NCBI GenBank assembly: GCA_038245785.1
Contig: JBBRSB010000004.1
Coordinates: 64,001 to 128,000, forward strand
Direction: 5' to 3'
DNA: 64,000 nt
From: Gloeobacterales cyanobacterium
Lineage (GTDB): Bacteria; Cyanobacteriota; Cyanobacteriia; Gloeobacterales; PMM-0068
This document shows, piece by piece, positions 30,135 through 39,712 of this stretch (position 1 is its first letter; each line of letters begins with the position of its first letter). Below the pieces are notes generated by a model that saw nothing but the letters and a program-made list of their open reading frames with translations, searched no databases and had not been told where the DNA came from. Both the position numbers and the translations under genes were made by a program.

Positions 30135-31562
30135 TTGCGGGGTTTATTGAGGCATCAGCCAGACCAAAATCCTTGGCCTCACCAGCTAACGATGGCTCGC
30201 TTGGTTGCCCGAGCTTTAGCAACTGGACGCAGTGCTCTCATCCAAGTGAGTGGGGTGCGCGTTAAAGGCGCCTATCGCTTGAGTTATCTATTTCCTGCCC
30301 TGAGTTGGCCTCAGCCCGTTATCTTGTGTGCGCCCCAACTAGTTCAGCAACAGTTGCTGAGCATAGATTTACCCCGCTTGCAGGAGCTGGAGATATTCAG
30401 CAAACCTATTCTCCAAGGCAAGGCCTGGCCCAGTCATAGCTGGAACGGAGTCCTCTTGGCGGACCCCCTAGTCTTTCTGCAAGATTGCTTAAAGAATGGC
30501 TCTGAGCACTTTCCCTGTCATATTCCTGTAGTTTTTGATCAAGCCCATAACCTAGAGGCTTGGAGTCGTAAAGCTCTAGAGTTCAGGATTGAGCCCGGAG
30601 AATGGCAACAGCTGCGAGAGCAGGGCGAACCTCTGGCTGCGAAGGTTTTCGAATTTACCGTTGCGGCCACTCGCTATCTATTCGTGGGCAAAAGCCCAGA
30701 GCAGCGTTTAGACTTTACGCTAGAATCTCAGCTCAAGCAATTACTAGCATCGTTAGAGTATCCTCCCTGGGATGACTTTAGAAGATGCTTGGAAGACCCC
30801 AACTACTTACTATCGGCAGTAATCCATCGTCAGCACGGACAATTCACCCTGGTAGCAGCGCCAATAGATGTTCGTCCCTATCTACAAAAGCTATGGGATG
30901 AACGCCCCGTAGTGATCATTGGCGAAGCTCTAGATCCCCAAAAATCAGCACCGACCTATCGCCATCGATTAGGTCTGGGAGAACTCACCTGTCTGCAATT
31001 TCCATCGGACTGCCAGGATGAGCTTCAAGTGTGGATTCCACCCCGCAACACAGAACTCCCTTTCTATGAGTGGGGCACCCAGTTGATAGAATTACTCGCA
31101 CTGCAGGCTAGAGGCCCCCTCGTTGTGCTTCTACAGGACTACAGCTTACGCAAGCGTATAGGCTCAGCCCTGGCTGCCCAGTTTGGTTCCCGCGTCAGTT
31201 TAGACAAAGTCCAAGAGACTCAGCGCTCCATTACCCTTTGTGATTGGTCTTTTTGGGAACAGGGCTTAGCTCCTTCTTTCGCCCCTGAGATGCTAGTGAT
31301 GCTCAGTCTTCCCTTTCCAGATCTGCAGGTCCCCTTAGTAGCGACAAAAGTAGAGCTGATGAAAAAAGAGCGACAGGATTGGTTCCGCAGCTATCTACTG
31401 CCAGAGGCTCAAGGCCGCCTTCAGCGAGGTATCGGCAGAATTAGGGAACACAAAGGTCTAGTGGCGGTCTTAGACCCACGGATTCACAATTCCAACTACG
31501 GATACACGCTCCTAGAAAGTTTTGCTCCCTACCGCAAGCTAACCCGTTCACCAAAATCGTGA
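30135..31562 (+). CDS. DinG/YoaA-like helicase C-terminal domain protein (cyanobacterial type)
   Basis: PWPHQLTMARLVARAL, DWFRSYLLP, VAVLDPR..YG; true start may lie slightly upstream. Confidence 0.8.
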   Translation: MRGLLRHQPDQNPWPHQLTMARLVARALATGRSALIQVSGVRVKGAYRLSYLFPALSWPQPVILCAPQLVQQQLLSIDLPRLQELEIFSKPILQGKAWPSHSWNGVLLADPLVFLQDCLKNGSEHFPCHIPVVFDQAHNLEAWSRKALEFRIEPGEWQQLREQGEPLAAKVFEFTVAATRYLFVGKSPEQRLDFTLESQLKQLLASLEYPPWDDFRRCLEDPNYLLSAVIHRQHGQFTLVAAPIDVRPYLQKLWDERPVVIIGEALDPQKSAPTYRHRLGLGELTCLQFPSDCQDELQVWIPPRNTELPFYEWGTQLIELLALQARGPLVVLLQDYSLRKRIGSALAAQFGSRVSLDKVQETQRSITLCDWSFWEQGLAPSFAPEMLVMLSLPFPDLQVPLVATKVELMKKERQDWFRSYLLPEAQGRLQRGIGRIREHKGLVAVLDPRIHNSNYGYTLLESFAPYRKLTRSPKS

Positions 31563-31573
31563 GCATCTAAGTG

Positions 31574-32473
31574 TTATTTTTTTGGAGCTTCAGGAGCAGC
31601 AGGTGGAGCCGCAGCAGGTTGAGGAGGTGCGGCCTTCGGAGCTTCCGGTTTAGCAGGCTCTGTTTTAGGAGCTTCTCCCGCTTTTGGAGCCTGTTTCCCT
31701 GGCTCTGGATAAGGCTTATAGATGTTTTGGCTCACCACTTTCAAGGAATCGGCAGAAGGAACCAGCTGAATAGACTGTGAAAGCGAGTCATCATTTTTTT
31801 CTAGAATGCCCACTAATTGGCCTAGCGTAGTCATTTCTACGTACGCATCCTTGATTTCAGGGCTTTTCTTCTTTGCATCTTCTAATTGCTGGGAAACTAG
31901 CTCATAGGAAAGATACATCGGAGTAACATTCTGGCTGGCACCTTTTTCCCCAGGAACTTGTAGAGAGAGAGGATCGATACTGCCTTTTTTCCCTTTCTGT
32001 GCGGGGAAAAATAAAGGAATGCCTGCAAATTTACTGGGGTCCTGCTTACTTCTCTTAAGAATTTCACCAGCCTGTTTCAAGGAGTTTGTATCAGGCAGAA
32101 CGGTGATTTCGACTTTTTTGTCCTTTTGTTGTTCCTGAAAAGCAGCATAAGCTAATGCGAGAGAGCTGACTCTAACTTCGGATTTAGCCGCGACATCTTT
32201 ATTGTCAGTTTGCAGCTTTTCCATAAATTTTTTCGCTTCTTCTGGATTTAAGAAGAAATTGATAATATTCGCAGATTTTTGCGTGCTTTTATCAGTAGCT
32301 GTGACCACTAAAGGCTGTTGTGTATCCTTACTGACAATCGAGAAAACAGGTACGGAGCTGAGCTTTTGCAGTACTTGCTGTTTGGTCATAGCCATTGCCA
32401 TTGGATGGGGGGCTATCACTAAAGCTCCAAAAATAGTGAGGGCAAAAAGTCGCAGAGAGTGAGTGTATTTCAT
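31574..32473 (-). CDS. Tic22-family periplasmic protein
   Basis: Signal peptide then QQVLQKLSSVPVF, GIPLF, IQLVPS. Confidence 0.85.
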   Translation of the reverse strand: MKYTHSLRLFALTIFGALVIAPHPMAMAMTKQQVLQKLSSVPVFSIVSKDTQQPLVVTATDKSTQKSANIINFFLNPEEAKKFMEKLQTDNKDVAAKSEVRVSSLALAYAAFQEQQKDKKVEITVLPDTNSLKQAGEILKRSKQDPSKFAGIPLFFPAQKGKKGSIDPLSLQVPGEKGASQNVTPMYLSYELVSQQLEDAKKKSPEIKDAYVEMTTLGQLVGILEKNDDSLSQSIQLVPSADSLKVVSQNIYKPYPEPGKQAPKAGEAPKTEPAKPEAPKAAPPQPAAAPPAAPEAPKK

Positions 32474-32524
32474 GGCAAAAAGAGAGGTAACTCGAGTAGT
32501 ATAACTGAATTGATTGTTCAAAAT

Positions 32525-33613
32525 CTATTTGAGCTTATCTGAGCGGTCATTGGAACGAAAAGCATTAGCCTCCTGTCTACCAGGTAAATCAAGAACAAGA
32601 TTGGCAAATTCAATATCATCATAATCTAAAGAGCCTGTTCCTCCCTGACTGATGGTGAAAATTCCGCCAATACTAAATACAGACTGTCCACCTCCTCCAT
32701 AGGCTTGAGCGGTGATCAGCTCAATCGTATTGGTTCCTGGCTGCAGCATCCATCGCGGAAGAGGGACTTCTAAACCATCACCGTTCAAAAGCACCCGTTG
32801 CGCTAAGTTTCCATTGAGGTAAACCCTAAAAGCAGCTTCTGGGCTACCTTGGAATGTTGCCTGCAGGGGGAGGTGAGATTGTCCTGCCCTGGCTGATTCC
32901 GGTGTATCCACCCCAATCAAGGAGCCAATACGCAAAATCGGGTCTCGGTCAGGAATACTCTGCAAGTCGAAGGTCTTCTTAAAGGATGAACCCTGCGCCG
33001 GAATCCGAAACTGGGTCGCATTAGCGGAATAATCCTTGCTGAATCGGTCGTCTCCCAAGTGATGGACCTGGTCTGTCAAAACGATCAGGCGTTCAGAGAG
33101 CTGATTGAGGCGCACATCAAATTTCTGTTCCTGTTTAGAAACCGTGACGGAGAAGGGTGCATAGTTCTGAGCACGGGCCGTGAGAATGCGCTGGGAGCCC
33201 ACCGATTTGGGTAGTGAAAATCGGCCAAAATCATCTGTTTTCACTTTGATGCCATCTTCAGGGACTTCTATCTCCACATTAGGAATCGGTTCACCTGTTT
33301 TTTGGTCAAGCACTTGCCCCGCATAGGCAGAATCTAAGCGAACTTGACTTCCTGGCTGGTTTTTTACACCACCAAGGCTGGCTCTGAGGACTTGCAAATC
33401 ACGGTCATTAATTTTCTTGTCACCGTTCACATCGGCGGCGTAGATTTGCTCGTCGGTAAGAATTTTAGTTCCCTTGAAGTAGGCTTCCAGTAGCAATACG
33501 TCATCCTGCGTCAGTTTTCCATCTTGGTTTACATCTCCTGAGACAGCCCAGGCCGTTGTGGGATAGACCAGAACAGCCAGAGAAAAAACTAAAAGCCAGC
33601 GCAGAGGAGTCAT
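32525..33613 (-). CDS. secreted protein with dockerin-like repeats and carboxypeptidase-regulatory-like domain
   Basis: Signal peptide; GDVNQDGKL..DD and ADVNGDKKIN.RD; GQVLD.KTGEPIPNV..KTDDFGRF. Confidence 0.8.
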   Translation of the reverse strand: MTPLRWLLVFSLAVLVYPTTAWAVSGDVNQDGKLTQDDVLLLEAYFKGTKILTDEQIYAADVNGDKKINDRDLQVLRASLGGVKNQPGSQVRLDSAYAGQVLDQKTGEPIPNVEIEVPEDGIKVKTDDFGRFSLPKSVGSQRILTARAQNYAPFSVTVSKQEQKFDVRLNQLSERLIVLTDQVHHLGDDRFSKDYSANATQFRIPAQGSSFKKTFDLQSIPDRDPILRIGSLIGVDTPESARAGQSHLPLQATFQGSPEAAFRVYLNGNLAQRVLLNGDGLEVPLPRWMLQPGTNTIELITAQAYGGGGQSVFSIGGIFTISQGGTGSLDYDDIEFANLVLDLPGRQEANAFRSNDRSDKLK

Positions 33614-33692
33614 AAACCTAGTGTATCTAGTCGCTTAAGCAATATGCGGAGTTCCCCAAGAATTGCGAAGTACTCTCACACTGAACTTAGCC

Positions 33693-34166
33693 TTAGTCTT
33701 TTGGCTTTGAGGTCCAGGCCAAAAGCTGAGACTTAACGACAAAACCCAATTTCTCATAGAGCTTTAGAGCCGATTGATTATCGGGATAGACCTGGAGAAC
33801 AAGTTCGGACAATCCCCATTGCTGCGTCTGTTCTTGGGCCTTAGACAGAAGATAGGTGCCTATTCCTTGTCTCTGATGTTCAGGATCTACGGCGACGAGA
33901 AAAATGTAGGCTTGGGCTGTTCCGCTTCTCTGGTCTGTAGCTCGTCCCATCCATAGACAGCCTACGGGTTGGTCTTGATCGGTTACAAAAAACAGAGGAG
34001 TCCGGTGGGCATCAAAAAAATTCTCTACCATATCCGCTAGATGCTTAGGTGGGGGAGATGTCTGCTCAAAACCGTAAGCTAAGGCAAGGGAGCGCTCCAG
34101 CTGGACACGGTCTTGCTTTGCGCCAGTTCCCTGCTTTAGCGCATATCTGGGAGGCAATGGGCTCAT
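33693..34166 (-). CDS. GNAT family N-acetyltransferase
   Basis: VAVDPEHQRQGIG, N.SALKLYEKLGF. Confidence 0.92.
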   Translation of the reverse strand: MSPLPPRYALKQGTGAKQDRVQLERSLALAYGFEQTSPPPKHLADMVENFFDAHRTPLFFVTDQDQPVGCLWMGRATDQRSGTAQAYIFLVAVDPEHQRQGIGTYLLSKAQEQTQQWGLSELVLQVYPDNQSALKLYEKLGFVVKSQLLAWTSKPKD

Positions 34167-34176
34167 GGACCTCAGT

Positions 34177-34317
34177 TTACTTAGCAGGCTGTTTTTCAGT
34201 ATCAGTAATAGGAGCTGGAGCCTTCATATCATCGGGTAAAAAAGCCCGTGAACTAACCACTACCAACGCAAAAAGGAAGGCGATGATGATCGTCACGAAA
34301 ATAATGTTGCCTTTCAT
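34177..34317 (-). CDS. 46-aa single-TM microprotein coupled to ftrV
   Basis: MKGNIIFVTIIIAFLFALVVVSSRAFLPDDMKAPAPITDTEKQPAK; ATGA overlap with the ftrV stop; fills the ftrV-GNAT gap. Confidence 0.6.
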   Translation of the reverse strand: MKGNIIFVTIIIAFLFALVVVSSRAFLPDDMKAPAPITDTEKQPAK

Positions 34318-34580
34318 TTTTCTACAGCTGCTTCTGCTACAGGAGCTTCGATCAATTCAAGCTCTTCCTCTCCAAGATGAGCTTTGAAGCGTGGCAAGAA
34401 CTTAACCCGGTAGGGATAGTTGGCACTTATCGGGCGCCCCTGCATTTCGAAGAATACAGCTTCCACCACGCCCTCTAGCCCCTGGATGTCAAAGGGCTTG
34501 CTTCTGTGTTCAGGGTGGGTGTAGACAATTACAGGTTTTTTGACCCGTACATGGGAGCCAATTCCAATATTCATGCTCAT
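34314..34580 (-). CDS. ftrV: ferredoxin-thioredoxin reductase variable chain
   Basis: G..VRVK.PVIVY.HP.HR..FDI.G.EG...GRPISANYP..V.F...FKAHL.E.ELE. Confidence 0.9.
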   Translation of the reverse strand: MSMNIGIGSHVRVKKPVIVYTHPEHRSKPFDIQGLEGVVEAVFFEMQGRPISANYPYRVKFLPRFKAHLGEEELELIEAPVAEAAVEK

Positions 34581-34846
34581 TCCTGTACAACTGAAAGCCT
34601 TGCGGCTCTCAGAAAAATTTACGGTTCCTCAGTGTAATTCTGTTTTGGCTGTCAGAGGTGCAGGCCATAAGAATAGGAGGGACCGCTTGTTCTCTAACGG
34701 ATACGGTCGATCCGAGCTACTAGCGTGAGGGCAGCAGCACCGGCAGCGACCAATGTACCGCCCCAGAAGATACTCCACAAAAAATTGCTTAAAGTCGGGG
34801 TCATCGTACAACTCCATCTGCGTCTAATTCGTTACTTTAATATGCC

Positions 34847-36019
34847 TCATCTTGGTTCCAGCGAAAAGACCTGGAGCAGATAGGCTACAAAGTTTTCCAA
34901 GGCTGCCTGAGGATGGTTGCTCATGAGCGAAACCCTTAAACGACTGGTAGGCACGGTTGGGGGACGAATAGCAGGGACCCAAAATCCTTGCTCCCAGAGC
35001 TTTTTACTTAAATCGAGCGTCTGCGCAATAGTGCCCGTCTTCAGACAAAGAATGCAGGAATCACTGGGGAAAAATTCCAAAAGAGCTAGTTCTTTTTTGA
35101 CTTGGTGAACCCTCTGCCAAAGCTTTTCTCTAAGAGCTGGCTCGGTTTGTACGATATGGAGCGCAGCCAAGGCCGCAGCCGCATCACCAGGGGCCAGGGC
35201 CGTGGTGTAAATCCAGGTAGGGGCACGATTACGTAAAAAATCAACCAGGGCCTTAGAACCGCAGACATAGCCGCCCTGACTGGCTAAGGCTTTGCTCAAA
35301 GTTCCCATTTGAATGCAGGGATACTGCTGTAACTTCAGGGCTTCCATGGCCCCAGCACCATGGGCACCCAGCACGCCCGTAGCATGGGCTTCATCCACTA
35401 GGACCATCGATTCATATCGTTTAGCTAAATCCAGAATTGCCGCCAGGGGCGCCACATCCCCATCCATGCTGAACACTGAATCAGTACAGATTAAGCAGCG
35501 TCTAGCTTGGGCTCGATATTGGTTTAAGAGCGCTTCTAACTCTTTGGCAGAGCCGTGAGCGTATTCGTAATACTGGGCGCCACTGAGTTTAGCTCCACTC
35601 TTCAGACTGGAATGGTTATAGACATCGCCCAAAAGCAAATCACGGGACCCCACCAGCGCACTAATCGTCCCGAGGTTCGCCATATAGCCAGAGGGAAATA
35701 TCAACGCCTCTTCAGTCCCTTTGAATTGAGCCAGGGCCTGTTCTAGTTCTTGATGAATCTCCAGATGACCACTGAGCAAACGGGACCCTGTGGCGCCCGT
35801 TCCATAGCGTTGGACAGCTCGGATAGCCGCCTCCTTCACTCGCGCATCGCCCGCCAAGCCCAGGTAGTTGTTGCTCCCTAGATTTAATTTTCTAGGAGCA
35901 TCAGGGGATTCCAACCAGGGGCCTGCTTGGGCATGGGAAGTGCACACAGTCCGGTACCAACCGGCTCGATGCAAAGTGTGCAGGTCTTGTTCAATCCATG
36001 CGTAGGGGTCATCGGGCAT
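34847..36019 (-). CDS. bioF: 8-amino-7-oxononanoate synthase
   Basis: SNNYLGL, GSRLLSG, DSVFSMDGD, DEAHATG, GTLSKAL, AIRPPTVP. Confidence 0.95.
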   Translation of the reverse strand: MPDDPYAWIEQDLHTLHRAGWYRTVCTSHAQAGPWLESPDAPRKLNLGSNNYLGLAGDARVKEAAIRAVQRYGTGATGSRLLSGHLEIHQELEQALAQFKGTEEALIFPSGYMANLGTISALVGSRDLLLGDVYNHSSLKSGAKLSGAQYYEYAHGSAKELEALLNQYRAQARRCLICTDSVFSMDGDVAPLAAILDLAKRYESMVLVDEAHATGVLGAHGAGAMEALKLQQYPCIQMGTLSKALASQGGYVCGSKALVDFLRNRAPTWIYTTALAPGDAAAALAALHIVQTEPALREKLWQRVHQVKKELALLEFFPSDSCILCLKTGTIAQTLDLSKKLWEQGFWVPAIRPPTVPTSRLRVSLMSNHPQAALENFVAYLLQVFSLEPR

Positions 36020-38315
36020 GGGCCATCTTATCCAAGAGACTGCTTCCGCTGTACCAGTCCGCCAATTCTTCCTGGGCATGACCTAAGTCTTGTGGAAGAG
36101 GACCTTCCAGGGAAGCGCCAAGCGTGACTAAGGTTTTCACCACTATTCGGGGAGAGGTCCAGTGCTGTTGGGCTAGGGCCAAAAGATTCAAAGGCTCGGA
36201 CTGATGAATGACAGAGCGCAGCTTGATCTGGAGTTCTTCAGAACTAGACATGGAGACAGGACGAGCAAAAATATGCACTTCACGGGGACGGACTAAGTGT
36301 AATAGCCAAGCCAAATGCAGAAGCGAAGGAGGTAAGGTCCACAGCAAGAGCCCATGATAGGCACATCCTTTTTGAGGACGGTCATAATCCAAAGCCATCT
36401 CTGGGCCAAACTCGGGCCTTTGATAGCCATAGAGCAGGCAACGAGCTTCGCTATCGGCAGTGGCTAATAAGGATTTGAGGACCGCTTTAGAACTAGAAGA
36501 GGAACCACGTTGGTCAATCCACTGCACCCGTCCTTGCTCAGATTGATCATCTACGCGTGGTGCCTTACATTCAACGCGGCAAATAGGACCTGTTGGGGGA
36601 ACCGTAGCCTCCCGAATACCACTCAGTTCTAGTTGGATAGAGCGCACATCCCGAAAGGTATTTTCTCGAACCTTAAAGGCTAAATCGATATTCTTAGGGA
36701 CAGGATAGAGATGGCCCATCCGCCAAGCTACGACTTGTCGTTCTACTTTCCCATCGTCCACAACCAGACGCACATGGGCATCTTCTTTACCCATCGTTCG
36801 TTGCTGAACGACTAAAAGGTTGGCACACCAAAAAGTGGGGTCTGGGTTGCCAATCCCGCAAGGATGCATCTTATTTACTTGTTCAAAAAGCGCTTCGTTT
36901 ACCTCTTCTAAAGCAACATAGCTATCAATCTTTACAAGCGGGCGAATAAGCTCAGGCTGTAAACAGGAGCGGGCAAACTCAGCCATCTTTTTAGTAAACG
37001 CTTCTAGATATTCCAAGGGCATGGAGAACCCTCCAGCCATCGGATGTCCGCCAAAGCTGGTGAAGAATTCTTTGCAATGTTCCAAGCCTTCAAAGATATT
37101 AAATTCGGGGATGCCTCGGGCGGACCCTCGCACCTTATTTGCCTCTATAGAACCAATAAATACGGGAGCCCCATATCGTTCCACTAAGCGAGATGCAACA
37201 ATCCCAATTACCCCGTGATGCCACTCCGGTTGCACAATAACCAGCACTCGTTCTTCCCGGAGGTCTAAGGTCGGATGATTTTCTACCCAGCTAATCGCTT
37301 CTTTTTCAATGCGATTGCATAATTCTTTCCGTTCTTGGTTATAGGCTTCACACTGATTGGCTCGCTCTAGGGCAATCGCTGGATCATCCGTAGTTAAGAG
37401 TTCAATCACCACTTGTGGATCGCCAATTCTACCCACGGCATTGATCCGAGGACCTAACCCGAACCCAATCACTTCTGGCTTAATCTGTGTATGGTCGGAA
37501 TACCCGGCTACGGCCATCAGCGCTTGAATGCCAGGATTGGTAGAGAAGGGCAAAATCACCAATCCTCTCTGGACCCATTGACGGTTTACGCCCGTTAGCA
37601 AAGCAAGGTCAGCAATCGTCCCTAAGGTGAATAGTTCCAGCAAAGGGTCTTGCAGTTCTACCAATTTGTCGAAGCGTCGAGCTACTTCTAAGGCCAGGAT
37701 ATAGGCTACTCCAACCCCAGCGACGGAGAGATAGGGGGAATCTGGCAAAGAAATTAACTTCGGATTGAGGATGCCAGCGGCAGGAGGCAAAACCTCCGGC
37801 AGTTCATGGTGGTCTGTGATGATAACTGATAGTCCCAGCGCTTCTGCCCGCTGTAAGGGAGCCAGGGCAGAAATTCCGTTATCTACGGTGATTACAAGAT
37901 CCACCCCTTCTTGATGAAACTCTTCCACGATCCGCACATTGATGCCATAGCCTTCCTGCATTCGGCTCGGAATAGCGTAATCTACAACCCCGCCCAGATA
38001 ACGAATGGCTCGAATCAGGAGTGCCGTACTGGTCATCCCGTCGCAGTCATAGTCTCCACAAATCGCAATTTTCTCCCGCTGCTCAATCGCTCTAACCAAA
38101 CGGTCTGTCACCTGAGCCAAATCGGGAAAATGGTCTTTGGGGTCTGGCGGAGCACCACAGCTAGGATCAAAAAAAATCTTTGCTTCTTCCTGGCTCGTGA
38201 TGCCACGATTGAGCAGAATCTGACCAATGACAGGAGATAAGCCTAAACTTTTAGCTAGTTCTCGCGCCTGTTCAGGATGAGATTCAGCAATAGACCAACG
38301 TTGGAGTGGCAGCAT
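36009..38315 (-). CDS. recJ: single-stranded-DNA exonuclease RecJ
   Basis: GDYDCDG, ITVDNG, TDHH, GPRINAVGR, GGHPMAGG. Confidence 0.96.
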   Translation of the reverse strand: MLPLQRWSIAESHPEQARELAKSLGLSPVIGQILLNRGITSQEEAKIFFDPSCGAPPDPKDHFPDLAQVTDRLVRAIEQREKIAICGDYDCDGMTSTALLIRAIRYLGGVVDYAIPSRMQEGYGINVRIVEEFHQEGVDLVITVDNGISALAPLQRAEALGLSVIITDHHELPEVLPPAAGILNPKLISLPDSPYLSVAGVGVAYILALEVARRFDKLVELQDPLLELFTLGTIADLALLTGVNRQWVQRGLVILPFSTNPGIQALMAVAGYSDHTQIKPEVIGFGLGPRINAVGRIGDPQVVIELLTTDDPAIALERANQCEAYNQERKELCNRIEKEAISWVENHPTLDLREERVLVIVQPEWHHGVIGIVASRLVERYGAPVFIGSIEANKVRGSARGIPEFNIFEGLEHCKEFFTSFGGHPMAGGFSMPLEYLEAFTKKMAEFARSCLQPELIRPLVKIDSYVALEEVNEALFEQVNKMHPCGIGNPDPTFWCANLLVVQQRTMGKEDAHVRLVVDDGKVERQVVAWRMGHLYPVPKNIDLAFKVRENTFRDVRSIQLELSGIREATVPPTGPICRVECKAPRVDDQSEQGRVQWIDQRGSSSSSKAVLKSLLATADSEARCLLYGYQRPEFGPEMALDYDRPQKGCAYHGLLLWTLPPSLLHLAWLLHLVRPREVHIFARPVSMSSSEELQIKLRSVIHQSEPLNLLALAQQHWTSPRIVVKTLVTLGASLEGPLPQDLGHAQEELADWYSGSSLLDKMAHAR

Positions 38316-38528
38316 ATTTTCGCAGGAAGTTCAGCAGACTCAGTAATTGTAGGCCCAACTCACCGGGCGCAGATAAACTTTGCATCCTAACGGTAAGGTA
38401 GATTCGTTCCTGTGTAGCGGACTTGTTGGGATGCAGTTGACGTACGAAGATAAACGACGTAAAACTATAGGAGCCTATAGGAATCCATAGAATTTTATAG
38501 CTTTTGATCAGCCCCTGTAAGAGGATCT

Positions 38529-38807
38529 ATGTCTAAAACCTTCTTCCCTGAATTGTATGAATTGATTCCCGCAAGCGAACCATATTCACCTGGCACAGAG
38601 TATAAGGTTTCAGTAGGGCTTGAAAAGTGGGATGACAAATATGTACCTGTGACTAAAGTGCAAATGGTGTTTGATGGAACCATTTCTGGTGCTAAAAGCC
38701 CTTCCTATCCATTAGGTACGGAGGATCATCTGAAAGTAGCTCGTGCCGTAGATAGGCTTGTTGCGAAGAAAATGGGCGTTTTTAGTGAAGGAAACCAGGA
38801 ATCATGA
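38529..38807 (+). CDS. hypothetical protein coupled to the methyltransferase
   Basis: 92-aa ORF, GAGGA RBS, ATGA overlap with the next gene. Confidence 0.7.
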   Translation: MSKTFFPELYELIPASEPYSPGTEYKVSVGLEKWDDKYVPVTKVQMVFDGTISGAKSPSYPLGTEDHLKVARAVDRLVAKKMGVFSEGNQES

Positions 38808-39712
38808 AATTTATATCTCAAGCACAGGAGATTTCTTATGCCGCAACAATTCCTCTAACTGAAGATTGCACTATCATTCATGGTGATTCCCGCGTTGAGC
38901 TGGCCAAAATGCCGGAGAAAGTTTTTCAATGCTGTGTCACAAGCCCTCCCTATTGGGGATTACGAGATTACGACACTGATAATCAGATCGGTGCAGAAAA
39001 ATGCTTGGAAGAATATATCAATGATCTTGTATTGGTTTTTCGCGAGGTTCGACGAACTCTGGCTGATGATGGAACGCTCTGGCTGAATATTGGCGACTCG
39101 TACACTAGTGGAAACAGAACTTGGCGAGATACTGACAAGAAGAACCCAGCCCGTGGAATGGACTATAGACCACCTACACCTAATGGTCTCAAGCCTAAAG
39201 ATTTAATTGGTGTGCCTTGGCGGATCGCGTTTGCTTTGCAAGCTGATGGTTGGTATCTTCGCTCAGATATTGTTTGGCATAAACCAAATTGTCAGCCTGA
39301 ATCAGTGAAGGATAGACCAACTCGCTCACATGAATATATGTTTCTTCTCTCGAAATCAGAACGTTACTATTACGATGCCGAGGCTATAAAGGAACCTACT
39401 TACACAAATGGTCAGACAAAGAATAAACGAACTGTTTGGTTTATGAATGCTCTAGAAACAGTTTGGAATGTTAATACAGAACCATTTAAGGGTGCTCATT
39501 TTGCTGTGTTTCCACGTTCCCTAATTAGACCTTGTATTTTGGCCGGCAGTAGAGAAGGTTCTCTCGTTCTTGATCCTTTTTTCGGTTCGGGGACAACTGG
39601 TGAAGTTTGCCTAGAACTTGGAAGAAAATGTGTAGGTATTGAGCTGAAATCTGAATATATAGATATTGCAAACAATCGCCTTAAAAATTCTCAGCTACAG
39701 TTGAGCGTATAA
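38804..39712 (+). CDS. type II DNA methyltransferase, N4-cytosine beta class (M.SmaI/M.Cfr9I-like)
   Basis: TSPPY catalytic motif precedes DPFFGSGTT SAM motif; PESVKDRPT. Confidence 0.9.
   Translation: MKFISQAQEISYAATIPLTEDCTIIHGDSRVELAKMPEKVFQCCVTSPPYWGLRDYDTDNQIGAEKCLEEYINDLVLVFREVRRTLADDGTLWLNIGDSYTSGNRTWRDTDKKNPARGMDYRPPTPNGLKPKDLIGVPWRIAFALQADGWYLRSDIVWHKPNCQPESVKDRPTRSHEYMFLLSKSERYYYDAEAIKEPTYTNGQTKNKRTVWFMNALETVWNVNTEPFKGAHFAVFPRSLIRPCILAGSREGSLVLDPFFGSGTTGEVCLELGRKCVGIELKSEYIDIANNRLKNSQLQLSV

Noticed and set aside
30100..30140. Possible frameshift or non-canonical start in the helicase-like gene (VHQQ upstream of the TTG)
   Set aside because: It affects only a few N-terminal residues and cannot be told apart from start-codon ambiguity or a sequencing indel.
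34629..34817. 62-aa Cys-containing ORF (CRCCC) as a RiPP or metallothionein
   Set aside because: No clear RBS, no recognised family and no modifying enzymes nearby; may be real but is unsupported.
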